Origin: an uncultured Candidatus Saccharibacteria bacterium
GTDB taxonomy: Bacteria > Patescibacteriota > Saccharimonadia > Saccharimonadales > UBA10212
DNA length: 37,014 nucleotides
Assembly: GCA_964460855.1 (NCBI GenBank)
Contig: CAYWQH010000004.1
Span: 1-37,014 of the forward strand
Reading direction: 5' to 3'
The position numbers were made by a program, and so were the translations under genes. Shown here one piece after another: positions 10,093-18,816 of this stretch. Position 1 is the first letter of the stretch; every line of letters starts with the position of its first letter. The notes below the pieces were generated by a model. That model saw only the letters and a list, made by a program, of their open reading frames with translations. It did not search any database and was not told the DNA's origin.

Positions 10093-10464
10093 TTATTCTT
10101 CTGCGGGTTTGTCGGCTGGAGCGGTGGCGTTCTTGTCGCCGACTTTTTGGGCGGCCGGCTTTTTAGCCTTGGGTGAGCTTTTCTTTTGGGCGGCTTGTTG
10201 GCGGGCTTGCTGGGCGGCTTCGCCGGCTTGGCGGCGGGCTTTGAATTTATCGACGCGGCCTTCGATATCAACCAGTTTTTCCTGGCCGGTAAAGAAGGGG
10301 TGTGAGCTGCTGGAGATGTGGACTTTAACCAAAGGATATTCTACGCCATCGAGCTTGATGGTTTCGTCGGTAACGGCCGTGGAGCGGGTCAGGTAAGTAG
10401 TGTTATCGTTCAGGTCCTGAAATACGACCGGTCGGTAATTTTTAGGGTGGAGATCCTTTTTCAT
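10093..10464 (-). CDS. rpmE2: 50S ribosomal protein L31 type B (Zn-free) with low-complexity C-terminal extension
   Basis: [17 protein letters not shown]...[27 protein letters not shown]; no Cys. Start at ATG 10464 after AAAGGA. Confidence 0.94.
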   Translation of the reverse strand: MKKDLHPKNYRPVVFQDLNDNTTYLTRSTAVTDETIKLDGVEYPLVKVHISSSSHPFFTGQEKLVDIEGRVDKFKARRQAGEAAQQARQQAAQKKSSPKAKKPAAQKVGDKNATAPADKPAEE

Positions 10465-10582
10465 ATTATCCTTTTGAAAATACCCGGACATTATATCCGT
10501 TAATCAGTGTTGGGTCAAGGAGTTATGGGCTTTAACGGACCAGGAAATTGGCTTTGGATGCGGGCGTAAAACACTACTAGAA

Positions 10583-10611
10583 TTTACAAATAACTAATAA
10601 TATTATAAAAT
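10583..10611 (+). promoter_or_regulatory. Putative sigma70 promoter for the high-GC gene
   Basis: TTTACA-17 nt-TAAAAT in an AT-rich patch; AAGGAG SD just upstream of the start. Confidence 0.55.
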
Positions 10612-10637
10612 ATGTCGGTTGTCCACCACTGTAAGGA

Positions 10638-11435
10638 GTGGAGATGGGATCTAAGCGTATCGTAGTTATTTCTGCGCTCGCGGCTGCCCTCAGCGCCGGC
10701 ATCGTGACCCAGTTCACATCCGGCGGCAAGGATGGCCAGCCGGTACAGCGGTCATCCGCCAGTATCACCGCCATCAACAACACCACACTGGACCAGGAGG
10801 CGGTCCAGAATATCGACGGCCTAATCGTGCCTCCGCGACCCGAAATGATCGGCGGCGGTAGGTTCACCGTCGGTGATGACACCGAGCACGCGGCCATCAA
10901 CAAGGCCGTACTCAACGTCCGCAACCTGCGGACCTGGCAGCTGTGTGCTGCCGAGCTAGCCGCCGAGGCGAGAGTCAACCTAGCCATCGCCAAGGATGAT
11001 GTGCGGTTTAAGCTCGACCGGCCGCACAAGCCGCTTACGGCGGCGCAGCTCATGTCGCTCACCAGCGACGAGACCCACACCGCCGCGGTTCTGCGGCAGG
11101 CGGCGGAGCTGGCTCGACAAGCCGGTATCGCCTGCGTGCCGAAGGACCGATCGCAGCTCGCCGGCGGCCGTTACGTAACCATGACGGCCAAGGATGGTAA
11201 GGGCAACAAGGTACGCTTCAGGGACACGGACTTCGCAGTGATGCGCTTTCTGCTCCCTGTCGAGTACGCCGTCCTTGCCAAGGATTGCCCGGCCAAGGAA
11301 ATGAAAGACGCCCGGGAAGCCAAGCTGCAGCCGATCGAAAGCGACTGGTCAGAGCGCCAAAAGGCGCATGCCATCTCGCTATCATTGGCTGGCGCCAGGA
11401 TGCTGCGCGCCGCCGGCGTGGCCTGCCAGCAGTAA
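10638..11435 (+). CDS. Secreted or membrane-anchored hypothetical protein with atypical high GC and an internal duplication
   Basis: 265 aa (start may be ATG 10644). Signal-like KRIVVISALAAALSAGIV, strongly GC3-biased codons, own promoter and downstream hairpin. Confidence 0.75.
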   Translation: MEMGSKRIVVISALAAALSAGIVTQFTSGGKDGQPVQRSSASITAINNTTLDQEAVQNIDGLIVPPRPEMIGGGRFTVGDDTEHAAINKAVLNVRNLRTWQLCAAELAAEARVNLAIAKDDVRFKLDRPHKPLTAAQLMSLTSDETHTAAVLRQAAELARQAGIACVPKDRSQLAGGRYVTMTAKDGKGNKVRFRDTDFAVMRFLLPVEYAVLAKDCPAKEMKDAREAKLQPIESDWSERQKAHAISLSLAGARMLRAAGVACQQ

Positions 11436-11466
11436 CGAGGCCCGTCGGACCACACGCCTCCACATA

Positions 11467-11494
11467 CCCGTCCGCCCCTTCGGGGGCGGGCGGG
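11467..11494 (+). terminator. Strong GC hairpin with cUUCGg tetraloop and no U-tract, after the high-GC gene
   Basis: CCCGTCCGCCCC-TTCG-GGGGCGGGCGGG; 12-bp stem with one G-U pair. Confidence 0.65.
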
Positions 11495-11517
11495 GGACCC
11501 AATTATCAACATATCCG

Positions 11518-11546
11518 TTGCAATTCTTCGCTAACAGGGGTAAAAT
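11518..11546 (+). promoter_or_regulatory. rpsB operon promoter
   Basis: TTGCAA-17 nt-TAAAAT. Confidence 0.65.
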
Positions 11547-11580
11547 ACTTTGGTTACTAATTAAACAGTTTTGGTAATTT

Positions 11581-11643
11581 AAATCCTGTTGTCCGATACC
11601 GTGTAGGTCCGGCCGGCTAAGCCGAAACGAAGTGAAAGGATTA
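11581..11643 (+). promoter_or_regulatory. Putative structured rpsB 5' leader
   Basis: AATCCT...AGGATT closing stem covers the AAAGGA SD-like sequence; inner CGGC-TAA-GCCG hairpin. Confidence 0.4.
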
Positions 11644-11651
11644 ACACTACT

Positions 11652-12470
11652 ATGTCTAAAGTAGACGTAGATATTAAGCAATTGTTAGAAGCCGGCGCGC
11701 ATTTTGGCCACAAAACCAGCCGCTGGCACCCCAAAATGGCGCCTTACATCCACAGCAAACGCAATGGCAGCCATATTATTGACTTGACCAAAACGGTAGT
11801 CCATTTGCAAAAAGCTTTGGATTTTGCCGAGCAAACCGCCGCGTCGGGCAAGCAGATCTTAATGGTCAGCACCAAGCGCCAGGCCCAGGATTTAGTAAAG
11901 CAGCTGGCAATCGATACCGGCATGCCATATGTTACCGAGCGCTGGCTGGGCGGAATGCTCACTAACCGCAACACCATTGGCGGCCGCATCAAACATCTTA
12001 AAGACCTGGAAGAGCGGATGGCCAGCGGCGAATTGGCCGCTAAATACAGCAAGCTCGAAGTCCAGCGTTACGCTGAAGAAATCGAAGAAATGAACTTTTT
12101 ATACGGCGGCATCAAAGAGATGCAGGCTAAGCTCGGCGCTATATTGGTTATAGACATCGTGGCCGACGACAACGCCGTAAAAGAAGCCCGCAAACTTAAA
12201 GTGCCAATAATTGCGTTAGTCGATACCAACGCCGACCCAACTATGATTGACTACCCGGTGCCTTGTAATGACGATGCTATAAAAACTATAAACCTGATAA
12301 TTGGCTATTTTAAACAAGCGGTAGAAAGCGGTTTGGCTAAAGCCAAGTCCGCGACGCCGGTTGCCGATAAAACCGAAAAACCCGCCAAAGCCGAAAAACC
12401 GGCCGCCGAAGAAGCCGCCAAACCAAAGAAAACCGAAGCCGCAGTAGCGGCAACTGCAAAGGAAAAATAA
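11652..12470 (+). CDS. rpsB: 30S ribosomal protein S2
   Basis: LLEAGAHFGH, WHPKMAPYI, RWLGGMLTN, VDTNADP, NDDA; K/A/E/P-rich tail. Confidence 0.98.
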   Translation: MSKVDVDIKQLLEAGAHFGHKTSRWHPKMAPYIHSKRNGSHIIDLTKTVVHLQKALDFAEQTAASGKQILMVSTKRQAQDLVKQLAIDTGMPYVTERWLGGMLTNRNTIGGRIKHLKDLEERMASGELAAKYSKLEVQRYAEEIEEMNFLYGGIKEMQAKLGAILVIDIVADDNAVKEARKLKVPIIALVDTNADPTMIDYPVPCNDDAIKTINLIIGYFKQAVESGLAKAKSATPVADKTEKPAKAEKPAAEEAAKPKKTEAAVAATAKEK

Positions 12471-12471
12471 G

Positions 12472-13071
12472 ATGGCTGATATTTCTCTAGACGAAGTAAA
12501 AAGGCTGCGCGAGCTAACCGGCGTTGGTATTACCGACGCTAAGAAAGCTTTGGAAGAAAGCGGTGGTGACTTCGACAAAGCCCTGGCCGCCATGCGCAAA
12601 AAGGGCCTTACCAAGGCCGAAAAACGCGGCGAGCGCGAAGCCCGCAGCGGTGTAGTTTACACCTATAACCACGACAACCGCATTGGAGTCGTAGTAGAAG
12701 TAAACTGCGAAACCGATTTTGTGGCCCGTAACGAATTATTTACCGACATGGTTAAAGACTTGACGCTGCATATCGCCGCCAGCGCGCCGCTATATGTCAG
12801 CTCCGGCCAAATCCCAGAAGACGAACGCCAAAAAGTGGCCAACGAATTCACCGAAAAAGCCAAATCCGAAGGCAAGCCCGAAAAGATGGTGCCGCAAATT
12901 GTCGAAGGTATGCTTAAAAAGCATTTTGCCGAACGATGCCTGCTAGAGCAGCCATTCGTTAAGAACCCCGATATTACAGTAGGTGAATTCGTAAAAGAAA
13001 ACATCGCCAAGCTCGGCGAAAACATTATCGTCCGCCGGTTTATACGATTAGCACTTGGCGAAGTCGAATAA
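12472..13071 (+). CDS. tsf: Elongation factor Ts (short form)
   Basis: VKRLRELTGVG, EVNCETDFVARN, LLEQPFVKNP. Confidence 0.97.
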   Translation: MADISLDEVKRLRELTGVGITDAKKALEESGGDFDKALAAMRKKGLTKAEKRGEREARSGVVYTYNHDNRIGVVVEVNCETDFVARNELFTDMVKDLTLHIAASAPLYVSSGQIPEDERQKVANEFTEKAKSEGKPEKMVPQIVEGMLKKHFAERCLLEQPFVKNPDITVGEFVKENIAKLGENIIVRRFIRLALGEVE

Positions 13072-13088
13072 TACATAAATAACTTAAA

Positions 13089-13721
13089 ATGTCTGACCAG
13101 GATATTTTCAACACCTACGCTAAATCCGAATTAGCCGGTAATTCTAATCCGGCAGATTTTGTTTTGGCCAGATACGAGCCATTCGAAATTAATGACCAAT
13201 CGGCGGCGTCAAACGGCGTGTTGTTCGCAGCGAATAGAGCGCTAGAGTCTGCAACCCAAAGTGCGGATCGTGCCGTTAAAGAAACTGTTGCTCTGGCCGA
13301 AGGCGCTAACGAGAACCGTTCAGATCCCGGGGATCGTCAAAAAATATTCGACGAGGCGGTAAGCGCGGCGGCCGTAGTTGAAGTGGCTAAGGCCCAATCC
13401 GAAGTTGCCGCAGCAATACTCAAAAGGCGACGGAATTTAGGACGGCGGGCTGCTATATTTACAACTGTAGTAGGTATTTCTATCGGCACCGGGCTCGCAG
13501 AGTTAGCCGACGAGGTTTACCAGGACGCCCGACAAGCTGAAATACAAGCTTCGGCGGGATATATAGAAAGTCCTATATTGCCGGACAGCAACGTTAACCG
13601 CGTGGTAGCAGACTCCGCCGGAGCGCTCCTTGGCGGTATTTTGGGGGCTGCAATCGGTTTAAGTCTAGTGCCGGATTCCGCCCAGCGCATGGCGCGCATA
13701 CTTGTCCGGCGCAAAAAATAA
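13089..13721 (+). CDS. Hypothetical membrane protein (two C-terminal TM helices) in the usual pyrH position
   Basis: 210 aa; hydrophobic Gly-rich segments AAIFTTVVGISIGTGL and GALLGGILGAAIGLSLV; no kinase motifs. Confidence 0.65.
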   Translation: MSDQDIFNTYAKSELAGNSNPADFVLARYEPFEINDQSAASNGVLFAANRALESATQSADRAVKETVALAEGANENRSDPGDRQKIFDEAVSAAAVVEVAKAQSEVAAAILKRRRNLGRRAAIFTTVVGISIGTGLAELADEVYQDARQAEIQASAGYIESPILPDSNVNRVVADSAGALLGGILGAAIGLSLVPDSAQRMARILVRRKK

Positions 13722-13778
13722 AAATACTGCCTGCAGATAATTTGATCTACAATATATACAACTAAGCGCGAGGTAGTT

Positions 13779-14342
13779 ATGCAGCCCAACCAACTTATCG
13801 ACCAGGCCAAAACAAAAATGGACGCGGCTGTCAGCCGGTTTAGCGATGACCTTAAAAAACTGCGTACCGGCCGGGCCAGCGGCGGTATGTTGGACGGTGT
13901 AAAAGTTGAAGCTTACGGCACATCCATGCCGCTTAACCAAGTTGGTAATGTAATTGCCCCCGAGCCGCAATTAATCCAGATTACGCCTTTTGACCCGGCC
14001 AATCTGCAGGCAATTTCCAATGCCATTCGCGACGACCAATCACTGGGCTTGAACCCAGTAGACGATGGCCGGGTAGTACGCATCCAGGTACCGCCGCTTA
14101 CTACAGAACGTCGCCAGCAGATTGTCAAACAACTAAACGAAAAACTCGAAGATTGCATGATCGGCCTGCGCCAGGCCCGCCAAGACGCTATGAAGCACGG
14201 CGACCAAGCCAAAAAAGACAAAGATTGGGGCGACGACGACCACCACCGTTTCGAAAAACAAATCGACGATTTAATGGCCAGCCACAAAACCCAGGTCGAG
14301 CAGTTAGCTAAGGCTAAAGAGCAAGACGTCATGACCGTATGA
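13779..14342 (+). CDS. frr: Ribosome recycling factor
   Basis: LRTGRAS, VEAYG, PPLTTERRQ. Confidence 0.97.
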   Translation: MQPNQLIDQAKTKMDAAVSRFSDDLKKLRTGRASGGMLDGVKVEAYGTSMPLNQVGNVIAPEPQLIQITPFDPANLQAISNAIRDDQSLGLNPVDDGRVVRIQVPPLTTERRQQIVKQLNEKLEDCMIGLRQARQDAMKHGDQAKKDKDWGDDDHHRFEKQIDDLMASHKTQVEQLAKAKEQDVMTV

Positions 14343-15025
14343 GCCTGCCCAAGCACGTTGGCATAATCTTAGACGGCAACCGCCGCTGGGCAAAACAGCA
14401 CGGCCTCAAAACTTTAAAGGGCCACGAAAAAGGCGCCGAACAGTTTATAGATATAACTAATTATGCGTACGAATTGGGTATCGAGTTCGTCACCGCCTTT
14501 ATCTTTTCGACCGAAAACTGGCAGCGGGCCCAAGAAGAAGTAAGCTACTTAATGTCATTGTTCGTAAAAATCCTGGATATACAGCTTAAAGCATTCCAAG
14601 AAAAACAGGCCCGGTTAGTAGTGCTGGGAAATTATGACGGCGTGGACCCTAAAGTACGCCGGATATTCGAGAAGGCCGAAGCCGAAACGGCTAATAATAA
14701 GCGGGGAACGATCTGCCTGTGCTTTAATTATGGCGGCCGCCAGGAAATTATCGACGCTATCCATAAATTCTCCGGCGCCGCTAACAATCCCGGCAGCTTA
14801 ACAGCCGACAACTTTAACCAATACCTGTATGGCGGCCCTCAAATACCGGACGTTGATTTTATTATTAGGACCTCCGGCGAGCAGCGGCTTAGCGGCTTTA
14901 TGCTGTGGCGGGCGGCCTATGCCGAACTGTACTTTAGCGAAAAACTATGGCCCGATTTTGGCCGCCCGGATTTTGATGCCGCCCTTGCCGAATTTGCCGC
15001 CAGGCAACGCCGGTTCGGGAAATAG
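14339..15025 (+). CDS. uppS: Isoprenyl transferase (undecaprenyl diphosphate synthase)
   Basis: HVGIILDGNRRWA, FSTENWQR, NYGGRQEI, IRTSGEQRLSGFMLW. Confidence 0.96.
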   Translation: MSLPKHVGIILDGNRRWAKQHGLKTLKGHEKGAEQFIDITNYAYELGIEFVTAFIFSTENWQRAQEEVSYLMSLFVKILDIQLKAFQEKQARLVVLGNYDGVDPKVRRIFEKAEAETANNKRGTICLCFNYGGRQEIIDAIHKFSGAANNPGSLTADNFNQYLYGGPQIPDVDFIIRTSGEQRLSGFMLWRAAYAELYFSEKLWPDFGRPDFDAALAEFAARQRRFGK

Positions 15026-15067
15026 CTTAAGCTGTTTCTAAGCTAAGCGCGTGATAAAATACTTGTG

Positions 15068-16246
15068 ATGCAATATATCTTATCGGTCAGCGGGCTAATA
15101 CTATTTATTTGCCTGATTCTGGTACACGAATGGGGCCACTACATAGCTGCCCGGCGCAACGGCGTAGACGTCGAAGAGTACGGCTTGGGCTTTCCGCCGC
15201 GGGCGTGGGGTAAAAAGCTTAAAAGCGGCATGGTGCTGAGTATTAACTGGCTGCCGCTGGGCGGCTTTGTAAAACTTAAAGGCGAACACGACTCCGACCG
15301 GCGCAAAGGCAGTTTTGGCGCGGCCAGTTTGCCGGCCAAGATTAGGATTATGTCTGCCGGCGTTACACTTAACCTGCTGGTCGGTATACTTATGCTGATC
15401 TTATTAGCCTTAACCGGCATGCCTAAAGCCATAGACAATCAGTTTACGGTTGTTGGTAATATGAATGTTACCCGCCAAGAAACCTGGGTAGGCTACATCG
15501 ACAAAAATTCTCCCGCCCAAAAAGCCGGCGTAAAATTTAAAGACCAAATCACCCAAATTACCTGCTTAACCTGCCAGCCGGCCAGCACAACGGATATTAA
15601 AACGGCGGACCAGTTGAGGGCTGCCACAAAAAGCTATGCCGGCCAAACTGTTAAAGTAAGTTTAATCCGCGATAAACAGCCCCTGGAAGTTACCACACAG
15701 CTAAATTCCAAGCAGGACGTAGAAGCCAGCATCAAAGCCAAAAACCAAAAAGGTTACTTCGGCGTCGCCCCCGTCGAACTCGAACAACGCCGCTATACTT
15801 GGGCGGCCCCGGTGGTCGCCATCGGCTTTACCGGGCAATTGGCAAAATTAACCATCCAAGGCCTGGGCAGCGCGGTAAGTGGTTTGGGTAAAACTATCGC
15901 CGGGCTGGCAACGGCAAACACTACAGCCAGGCAAAAAGGCCAAGCCCAGGCTACGGCCCAAACCGGCGGTATAGTAGCAATAGTAAATATTATCTGGTCA
16001 ACGGGTTCGCTTGGCACCAGCTATATGCTTATGATAATTGCCGTGCTGTCGCTGACTTTAGCGCTGATGAATATCCTGCCCATACCGGCGCTGGACGGAG
16101 GGCGGATATTTGTAACTTTGCTGTTCGCGGCGATGCGCAAACCACTGACTAGGGCCACGGAGGATAGGATCCACGGAACCGGTATGGCAGTTCTGCTATC
16201 TTTGTTCCTGCTAATAACTATTGTCGATGTCCGGCGATTCTATTAA
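15068..16246 (+). CDS. rseP: RIP metalloprotease RseP (M50) with PDZ domain
   Basis: HEWGH, PLGGFVKL, PDZ (SPAQKAG), NILPIPALDGG. Start at ATG 15068 or GTG 15065. Confidence 0.93.
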   Translation: MQYILSVSGLILFICLILVHEWGHYIAARRNGVDVEEYGLGFPPRAWGKKLKSGMVLSINWLPLGGFVKLKGEHDSDRRKGSFGAASLPAKIRIMSAGVTLNLLVGILMLILLALTGMPKAIDNQFTVVGNMNVTRQETWVGYIDKNSPAQKAGVKFKDQITQITCLTCQPASTTDIKTADQLRAATKSYAGQTVKVSLIRDKQPLEVTTQLNSKQDVEASIKAKNQKGYFGVAPVELEQRRYTWAAPVVAIGFTGQLAKLTIQGLGSAVSGLGKTIAGLATANTTARQKGQAQATAQTGGIVAIVNIIWSTGSLGTSYMLMIIAVLSLTLALMNILPIPALDGGRIFVTLLFAAMRKPLTRATEDRIHGTGMAVLLSLFLLITIVDVRRFY

Positions 16247-16991
16247 GAAATATCCCGACCTGGCCTTTGGGGCCATAATAATTATTTCTACCTTGCTGAT
16301 TTATCTGCTGTCGCAATTCGCGGCGGTAATTTTAGTGGGCCTTGGCATAGTGGCCAGCGGCCAGCCGGCAGATAAACTGTCGGGCTATTTTGACAAATCA
16401 GCAGTGGGCCAGGCCTTTATCATCCTGTTAACCGAAGCCGGCGTAATTTTACTGGTATGGCTGGCGCTGCGTTACCGCAAGCGGGCGCTGAGTACCATCG
16501 GCCTGATCAAACCGCGTTTAGTTGACCTTAAATTCGGCCTTATCGGAATCGGCATCTACTACGCCAGCCTATTTATAGTACTGCCGGCTGTTTATTGGCT
16601 GGTGCCGAGTATTAATAGCGACCAAAAACAGGATATCGGCTTTAACAATATCCATGGCCCGGCGGCCTTGACGATAGCGTTTATAAGTTTGGTTATCCTG
16701 CCGCCCATAGGCGAAGAAATTCTGGCCCGCGGCTACCTTTATAGCGGCCTGCGCGAAAGGTTTAAGATTATACCGGCCGCCATCGTTACCAGTTTGATGT
16801 TTGGCGCTGCCCACCTGGAGTTTGGCAGCGGCAATCCATTGCTGTGGTCGGCCGCCTTAAATACGCTGCTACTGTCTTTCGTGTTAGTCGGCGTCCGCGA
16901 AAAATCCGGCAGTATTTGGCCCGGTTCGCTGGTGCATGCCGGCAATAACCTGGTGGCTTTTTTTGTAATATTCCATGCGGCCATCGGCTAA
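16227..16991 (+). CDS. CPBP/Abi (CAAX-type) intramembrane metalloprotease
   Basis: PIGEEILARG, FGAAH, VHAGNN motifs; multiple TM helices. Confidence 0.9.
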   Translation: MSGDSIKKYPDLAFGAIIIISTLLIYLLSQFAAVILVGLGIVASGQPADKLSGYFDKSAVGQAFIILLTEAGVILLVWLALRYRKRALSTIGLIKPRLVDLKFGLIGIGIYYASLFIVLPAVYWLVPSINSDQKQDIGFNNIHGPAALTIAFISLVILPPIGEEILARGYLYSGLRERFKIIPAAIVTSLMFGAAHLEFGSGNPLLWSAALNTLLLSFVLVGVREKSGSIWPGSLVHAGNNLVAFFVIFHAAIG

Positions 16992-17010
16992 TGCCATATA
17001 CTATTAAGCA

Positions 17011-18261
17011 ATGAGACGATCCCAGCTATTTACCAAAACCCGCAAACAAATCCCGGCAGATGAAGTAAGCCGTAACGCCCAGCTGTTAACCAAAGCCGGT
17101 TACATCCACAAAGAACTGGCCGGCGCCTATACATTTTTGCCGCTCGGACTTAAAGTTCTTAAAAATATCGAGAATATCGTGCGCCAAGAAATGGACGCAG
17201 TTGGCGGCCAGGAAGTGCGGATGACAGTACTTCAAGAACCGCATTTATGGAAAGAAACCGGCCGCTGGGATGACGCAAAAGTAGATATCTGGTTCAAAAC
17301 CCATTTGCGCTCCGGCGGCGAGCTGGGTTTGGCTCCAACCCACGAAGAACCGCTAACTAACATCTTAAAAAGCGATGTCAGCTCTTATAAGGACCTGCCG
17401 CAACTTATATACCAAATCCAAACTAAATTCCGCAACGAACTGCGGGCTAAAAGCGGCATTATGCGCGGCCGCGAATTTTTAATGAAAGACATGTACAGCT
17501 TTACCCGCAACCAAGCCGAGCACGACGAGCTTTATGAAAAAATCAAACAAGCTTATTACAAAGTTTTTGACCGCTTAGGCATTGGCGATAAAACCTTTTT
17601 AACATTTGCCAGCGGCGGCATGTTTACTAAATACAGCCACGAGTTCCAGACTTTAACACCAGCCGGCGAAGACCAGATATATTTAAGCCGCGATAAAAAG
17701 ATGGCCGTCAACCAAGAAGTAATGGAAGACCAGGTGCTGGCCGATTTAGGTTTAGACCGAAATTCGCTGGAAGAAGTTCAGGCCGCCGAAGTTGGTAATA
17801 TATTTAGCCTTGGAACCAAATTTTCCGACGCCTTGGGCTTGCATTTTCCGGATGAGCACGGCCAGCAACAACCGGTAATCATGGGTTGTTACGGGATTGG
17901 CATTAGCCGCAGCATGGGCGTTATCGCCGAGCTGTTAAGCGACGACAAAGGCCTGGTGTGGCCGGATTCTGTCGCCCCTTACCGCGTATACTTGTGCCGG
18001 TTGGGTGGCAGCCCGGAAGTAATGGAAGCCGGCGATAAGCTTTACCGGCAATTGACAGACGCCGGAATTTCGGTAATATATGATGACCGAGACGTCCGGG
18101 CGGGCGAAATGTTCGCCGATGCCGACCTGATGGGCATACCCCAGCGGGTAGTAATAAGCGACCGGTCGCTGCAAAGCGGCCAGGCCGAGTTAAAACCCCG
18201 GATATCGGACGAAACCCGGCTTATACCGACAGATTCCGTAACCAGCACACTAGGAAATTAA
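17011..18261 (+). CDS. proS: Proline--tRNA ligase, short form lacking the INS editing domain
   Basis: LAPTHEE, YQIQTKFRNELR, GREFLMKDMYSF, EVGNIF, MGCYGIG, FADADLMGIP; 416 aa. Confidence 0.95.
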   Translation: MRRSQLFTKTRKQIPADEVSRNAQLLTKAGYIHKELAGAYTFLPLGLKVLKNIENIVRQEMDAVGGQEVRMTVLQEPHLWKETGRWDDAKVDIWFKTHLRSGGELGLAPTHEEPLTNILKSDVSSYKDLPQLIYQIQTKFRNELRAKSGIMRGREFLMKDMYSFTRNQAEHDELYEKIKQAYYKVFDRLGIGDKTFLTFASGGMFTKYSHEFQTLTPAGEDQIYLSRDKKMAVNQEVMEDQVLADLGLDRNSLEEVQAAEVGNIFSLGTKFSDALGLHFPDEHGQQQPVIMGCYGIGISRSMGVIAELLSDDKGLVWPDSVAPYRVYLCRLGGSPEVMEAGDKLYRQLTDAGISVIYDDRDVRAGEMFADADLMGIPQRVVISDRSLQSGQAELKPRISDETRLIPTDSVTSTLGN

Positions 18262-18330
18262 CTAGCTGGCTGGTATAATCCCCGAAACATCTTAGCCTTA
18301 GGGATGGAGAGAAAGGATTCCTGAGATAAT

Positions 18331-18792
18331 ATGAGAAAACAATTCCACTTAACCCAAGATGGAATAGACCAGCTGACTTCTGAACATAAAGCGCTGGTAT
18401 CTCAACGCGGCCCGTTGGCCGAGCGGATCAAACAAGCCCGCGAACTGGGCGATTTAAGCGAGAACGCCGAATACCAAACAGCCCGCGAAGAACAAAACCG
18501 CCTCGAAAACCGGATTGCCGACATTGAGCATATTTTGCAAAACGTCGAACTTATTAAAAAACCTAAATCCGGCGGCAAGGTTTCGCTAGGTTCCAGTGTA
18601 GTTTTAAAAAGCGCCAAAGGCCAAACCAAGAACTTTATTATTACCGGTACGGTCGAGGCTGACCCGCTAAACGGAAAAATCAGCGACGAATCACCAATCG
18701 GCAAAGCGCTGCTTGGCAAAAAAGTCGGGGATGACGTAGAAATTAAAACCCCGGCCGACACTACCAAATATACAATTTCGAACATCTCTTAA
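18331..18792 (+). CDS. greA: Transcription elongation factor GreA
   Basis: GDLSENAEY, EADP, ISDESPIGKALLG; TGG-TATAAT promoter at about 18270-18278. Confidence 0.96.
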   Translation: MRKQFHLTQDGIDQLTSEHKALVSQRGPLAERIKQARELGDLSENAEYQTAREEQNRLENRIADIEHILQNVELIKKPKSGGKVSLGSSVVLKSAKGQTKNFIITGTVEADPLNGKISDESPIGKALLGKKVGDDVEIKTPADTTKYTISNIS

Positions 18793-18816
18793 GTTAAGCT
18801 AAACTAGGAAGTAATT

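Noticed and set aside
10500-11520. Prophage, IS or integron explanation for the high-GC gene
   Set aside because: No integrase, transposase, terminal inverted repeats, attC-like site or target-site duplication could be identified.
11581-11640. Hammerhead ribozyme suggested by GCCGAAAC
   Set aside because: The required CUGANGA core is absent.
18274-18320. AATCC...GGATT stem before greA, resembling the rpsB leader
   Set aside because: The 5' arm overlaps the TATAAT -10 box and would not be transcribed.
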